Assembly: GCA_963808235.1 (NCBI GenBank)
Contig: CAWEEQ010000002.1
Span: 64,001-128,000 of the forward strand
Origin: an uncultured delta proteobacterium
GTDB taxonomy: Bacteria; Desulfobacterota; Binatia; Binatales; Binataceae
Reading direction: 5' to 3'
Length of the DNA: 64,000 nucleotides
Shown: in pieces, positions 60,465 through 64,000 of the stretch
Numbering within the stretch: position 1 is the first letter of the stretch
Layout: each line of letters begins with the position of its first letter
The notes under the pieces: generated by a model
The model's database searches: none
Told to the model about the DNA's origin: nothing
What the model saw: the letters and a program-made list of their open reading frames with translations, nothing else
Translations under genes and position numbers: made by a program

Positions 60465-61466
60465 CTAGCGGCTGCCCGGCGAAGCGGAGGGAGATGCTTT
60501 CGGAGTCGCTGCGTTGCTGTCAGTCAAATGGTCCGAAGAGTTGGCAGCTACCACCGCTGACCAGTACGGACTCTTGGCGAGTTGCGCGCGGAAGTCGCGA
60601 TCGAATGCGTCTTTGCCGCCGACCTTGAGCGGCCACGCGTTGTCGAGAAACTTCGATGCGTCGCCGGCATGGCCTGAATAGATCAAATCGAGCATGGTGC
60701 CCCACAGGATCGGAGACACGTCCGCTGCGGGCCACGAATCGCCCTTCGATTTGTTTTTGTAGCCGCGGACCTGCGCAATCCGCGCGTCGAGGTCGGTCAC
60801 CGGGGGAAGTGGCGCGTGCATCAGGTCGGGCGACACCTGGTAGTTGCCGTCGTGTTCGCTGAATCGCAGTATAACTTTCGGCGCCGGCGAATCTGCGAAA
60901 TCGCTGTGCCAGTTGGCGAATGTCCAGTCTGAAATCTGAATCAGCAGGCCGCCGGATTTTCGGTCCTTGTCGGCGTGGATAAAATGCGGTCCGGCGTCGC
61001 CGTACCTCGCGTCGATCGATCCGATCTTTCTGAAGGTCGAGCCGATTTCGAAAATGTGGATCGTCAGACAGCAATTGGCGCCGCCCGACCATTCCGAAAC
61101 GACCACGTCAGGCTGGCCGGAGCCGGTGATGTCCATGCCCATTTTGACCAGCGCAGCGTCGGGATCATTGTCGTACATGGTGCCGATAAAAAATTTCTCG
61201 CTCTTGCGTGCGGCCTTCTGGATAAAAACAGACTTACCGTCTTTGAGAATCTCGTAGTACGAATCGGTGCCGTCTTTCGCTGCTTGATCGAAATAGACTC
61301 GGACTACGTAGGGCAGGGAAGTCTCTTCACGATGGGGCAAGACGGTCGAATTAAGGTCTTCGGCAACGCATCGCGGCGGCGAACCGATCGCGCCAATCAG
61401 GCTGACCATCAGAAAAGAGATCAACGCGCGGGCGATTTGATTGACGGCCCGATTAGGAGACGACAC
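60465..61466 (-). CDS. Secreted hypothetical protein (FG-GAP-like motif)
   Basis: Hydrophobic N-terminus and DITGSGQPDVVVSEWSGGANCC. Start codon uncertain. Confidence 0.7.
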   Translation of the reverse strand: MSSPNRAVNQIARALISFLMVSLIGAIGSPPRCVAEDLNSTVLPHREETSLPYVVRVYFDQAAKDGTDSYYEILKDGKSVFIQKAARKSEKFFIGTMYDNDPDAALVKMGMDITGSGQPDVVVSEWSGGANCCLTIHIFEIGSTFRKIGSIDARYGDAGPHFIHADKDRKSGGLLIQISDWTFANWHSDFADSPAPKVILRFSEHDGNYQVSPDLMHAPLPPVTDLDARIAQVRGYKNKSKGDSWPAADVSPILWGTMLDLIYSGHAGDASKFLDNAWPLKVGGKDAFDRDFRAQLAKSPYWSAVVAANSSDHLTDSNAATPKASPSASPGSR

Positions 61467-63852
61467 GGCGTCTTGGATGGACGGCTCGCGCCTCGCCTGG
61501 GCGCTTGGCAGCGGACGCAGATCCATTTTGCGGCGTGGGAGTCGAATCGGATGGAGGCTCGGGTTGCTCGCCCGACGACGGCGCCGGCATCTTGTAGCCG
61601 CATTCCTTGTTGGCGCATTGCCAGGTGGTGCCGGTTCGCTTGAGTTCCTTTTCGACCATGTACGTCGCGCCGCACGAAGGGCATGGATGCGGAACGACTT
61701 TGTTCCACGCGGCGAATTTGCATTTCGGATACCGGCCGCATCCGTAGAAGAGCTTTCCCCGCCGGCTGCGACGCTCGAGAATCTCGCCCTCTTTGCATTC
61801 CGGGCAGGCGACTCCCGTCTTCACGGGTTCGGATTGTAGGCGCTTGATTCCGTCGCAGTCCGGATATCCCGAGCATCCGAGGAACTCGCCAAAGCGCGAA
61901 CGCCGGCGCACCATCGGCTTGCCGCATTTCTCGCAAACTTCGTCGGTCGGCACCGGTGCCGACGGCGCCTTCAGCACGATATTGCCCTGCTCGTCGCGGC
62001 CGAACTCACTGGTGTTGGTGCATTTGGGGTAATTCGAGCAGGCCAGGAACTCGCCGTTGCGGCCCCATTTGATCACCATGTCGCCGCCGTCGGTCTCGCA
62101 CTTAAGCCCCGTCGGCAAGCCATTGCGCTTGACCATGGGCATCTTCTTCTTGGCCTCGGCGAGGTCTTTCTTGAAGGGACCGTAGAACCGGTTGAGCGTC
62201 TTCACCCAGTTCTCGTCGCCCTCTTCGACCTTGTCGAGGTCCTCTTCGAATTGCGCGGTGAAACCGACTTCCAGGATGTCCGGAAAGGCCTTTATCAGCA
62301 TGTCGGCCACGGTGCGCCCGAGCGAGGTCGGCCGCAGCCGTTTGCTCTCGTCTTCCTCGACGTATTCGACGCGCAGGATGCTGGTCATGATCGCGGCGTA
62401 GGTGGACGGCCGCCCGATGCCCTTTTCCTCCAGTTCCTTGATCAGCGTCGCCTGCGAGAAACGCGGCGGTGGCTGCGTGAAATGCTGCTCAGGCGCGAGA
62501 CCCTGAAGCTCAAGCTTTTCACCTTCCTCGAGCAGCGGCAGCGTGCCTTCTTCATCCTCGGAGGCCTCGTCCTGACCTTCGGTATAGACGCGCATGAAGC
62601 CGTCGAACTTCGTTACCTGGCCAGTCGCGCGAAAGACCGCGTCCGCCGAGTTGATATCGACAGTGGTACGGTCATAGACGGCCGGCGTCATCTGGCTCGA
62701 AACGAAGCGATTGTAGATGAGTGTGTAGAGCGCGAGTAAATCCTTGTCGAGATAGCGCGCGAGCGATTCGGGATCGCGCTCGACGGCGGTCGGGCGAATC
62801 GCTTCATGCGCTCCCTGCGCCTGCTTGCCCGATTTGTAAAAGTTTGCGCGCTCGGGAACGTACTCATTGCCATAGCGAGTCGCGATATGGTTGCGCACGG
62901 ATTCCAGCGCCTGGTCGGAGACGCGCGGCGAATCGGTACGCATATACGTAATCAGGCCGACCGCGCCCTCCTCGCCGAGCTCGACGCCCTCGTACAACTT
63001 CTGCGCAATCTGCATCGTGCGGCGTGGCGAGTAGTAAAGTTTGCGCGAGGCCTCCTGCTGAAGCCGCGACGTAATGAATGGCGGCGTCGGGCTGCGGCGG
63101 ACTTCCTTGCGCTCGATATTCGCGACTGCGAACGGGGCCGACTCGACGGCGGCGATTATCGCGCGAGCCTCGGCCTCGGGCAGTTTGTAAACTTTGTTAT
63201 CGATCCGATTTTCTTTGTAGCTGTATAGCCGCGCTGTGAACGGCGGTGGATTTTTGCCCGTAAGGCGTGCGTCGAGGGTCCAGTATTCTTCGGCCCGGAA
63301 CGCTTCACGCTCGCGCTCGCGCTCGACGATTATCCTGAGCGCGACCGATTGCACCCGCCCCGCGCTGATTCCGCGCTTAACCTTGTCCCACAGAAGCGGG
63401 CTTATCTTGTAGCCGACCAGCCGGTCGAGCACGCGCCGCGCCTGGTACGCGTCGAACAGGTGATGGTCGAGATTCGAGGGATTCGCGACTGCCTCGCGGA
63501 CGGCTGCCTGGGTGATTTCGTGAAGCAGAACCCGCCGAACGTTCGCCTTGGTTTTGCCGATGTGATCGGCGATATGCCACGCGATGGCCTCGCCTTCCCG
63601 GTCCGGGTCGCTCGCGAGATAGATGTTATCTTTGCCCTTCGCGGCGCTCTTGATTTCGCCGATTACCTTCTCCTTTCCTTTTATAACGACGTAATCCGGA
63701 GCAAAATCGTTGTCAACGTCCACGCCGAGCGTGCTCTTGGGCAGATCCACGACATGGCCGACCGAGGGCATGACCTGAAAGTCGCTGCCCAGGTAACGCT
63801 TGATTGTTTTCGCCTTTGCCGGCGATTCGACGATTACGAGGTTTTTTGCCAC
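61453..63852 (-). CDS. topA: DNA topoisomerase I
   Basis: LVIVESPAKAKTI, DPDREGEAIAWH, SAGRVQS, LITYMRTD, GIGRPSTYA and C-terminal zinc ribbons. Confidence 0.98.
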   Translation of the reverse strand: MAKNLVIVESPAKAKTIKRYLGSDFQVMPSVGHVVDLPKSTLGVDVDNDFAPDYVVIKGKEKVIGEIKSAAKGKDNIYLASDPDREGEAIAWHIADHIGKTKANVRRVLLHEITQAAVREAVANPSNLDHHLFDAYQARRVLDRLVGYKISPLLWDKVKRGISAGRVQSVALRIIVEREREREAFRAEEYWTLDARLTGKNPPPFTARLYSYKENRIDNKVYKLPEAEARAIIAAVESAPFAVANIERKEVRRSPTPPFITSRLQQEASRKLYYSPRRTMQIAQKLYEGVELGEEGAVGLITYMRTDSPRVSDQALESVRNHIATRYGNEYVPERANFYKSGKQAQGAHEAIRPTAVERDPESLARYLDKDLLALYTLIYNRFVSSQMTPAVYDRTTVDINSADAVFRATGQVTKFDGFMRVYTEGQDEASEDEEGTLPLLEEGEKLELQGLAPEQHFTQPPPRFSQATLIKELEEKGIGRPSTYAAIMTSILRVEYVEEDESKRLRPTSLGRTVADMLIKAFPDILEVGFTAQFEEDLDKVEEGDENWVKTLNRFYGPFKKDLAEAKKKMPMVKRNGLPTGLKCETDGGDMVIKWGRNGEFLACSNYPKCTNTSEFGRDEQGNIVLKAPSAPVPTDEVCEKCGKPMVRRRSRFGEFLGCSGYPDCDGIKRLQSEPVKTGVACPECKEGEILERRSRRGKLFYGCGRYPKCKFAAWNKVVPHPCPSCGATYMVEKELKRTGTTWQCANKECGYKMPAPSSGEQPEPPSDSTPTPQNGSASAAKRPGEARAVHPRRRVVS

Positions 63853-64000
63853 CGATTAGGCGCCTCCAGTCCCGGTCATAAAGCTCTTGCAGGTTTCGTG
63901 CGAGGAGCTCTTCCTCGCCAAACGGCAAGAGTTACACCCTGCCAGACTTATGCGAGTGAGAAAAGCTTGCCCGGATGCTGAGTGACTCGCCCTTCCAACT

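Overview
GC-rich bacterial chromosomal window. The gene repertoire would fit a soil/sediment lineage such as Ca. Binatota, but that is inference only. The right half (about 25.5-64 kb) is mostly ordinary: a secreted beta-propeller gene divergent from a DUF1302-like outer-membrane protein, a NusG paralog with a WecA-like fusion, a cusCBA-type efflux operon, gmd, metH, tandem Zn-ADHs, GT-C-like membrane genes, HU, trmFO, a DGPF/ECF42-type sigma locus and topA. The left part (about 5.3-25.5 kb) is a mosaic accessory region in which I see no integrase or transposase. It holds a DUF4238 gene, truncated genes, two tRNA-derived relics (the 3' half of tRNA-Thr(CGT) and a full-length but mutated tRNA-Ala(CGC)), an iteron-like GGTTGAC cluster, and two broken RHS polymorphic-toxin loci with orphan toxin/immunity modules (Ntox37-like, PLA2-like). 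The most striking unexplained signal is a pair of dispersed non-coding motifs: A in three copies and B in two. Both contain a related GCAAAATC-C/G-CGC...TTTTGC inverted-repeat core and sit at module boundaries. At 13762-14133 they bracket the degenerate tRNA-Ala as one unit of about 370 bp, which may be an undescribed non-autonomous mobile or recombination element.
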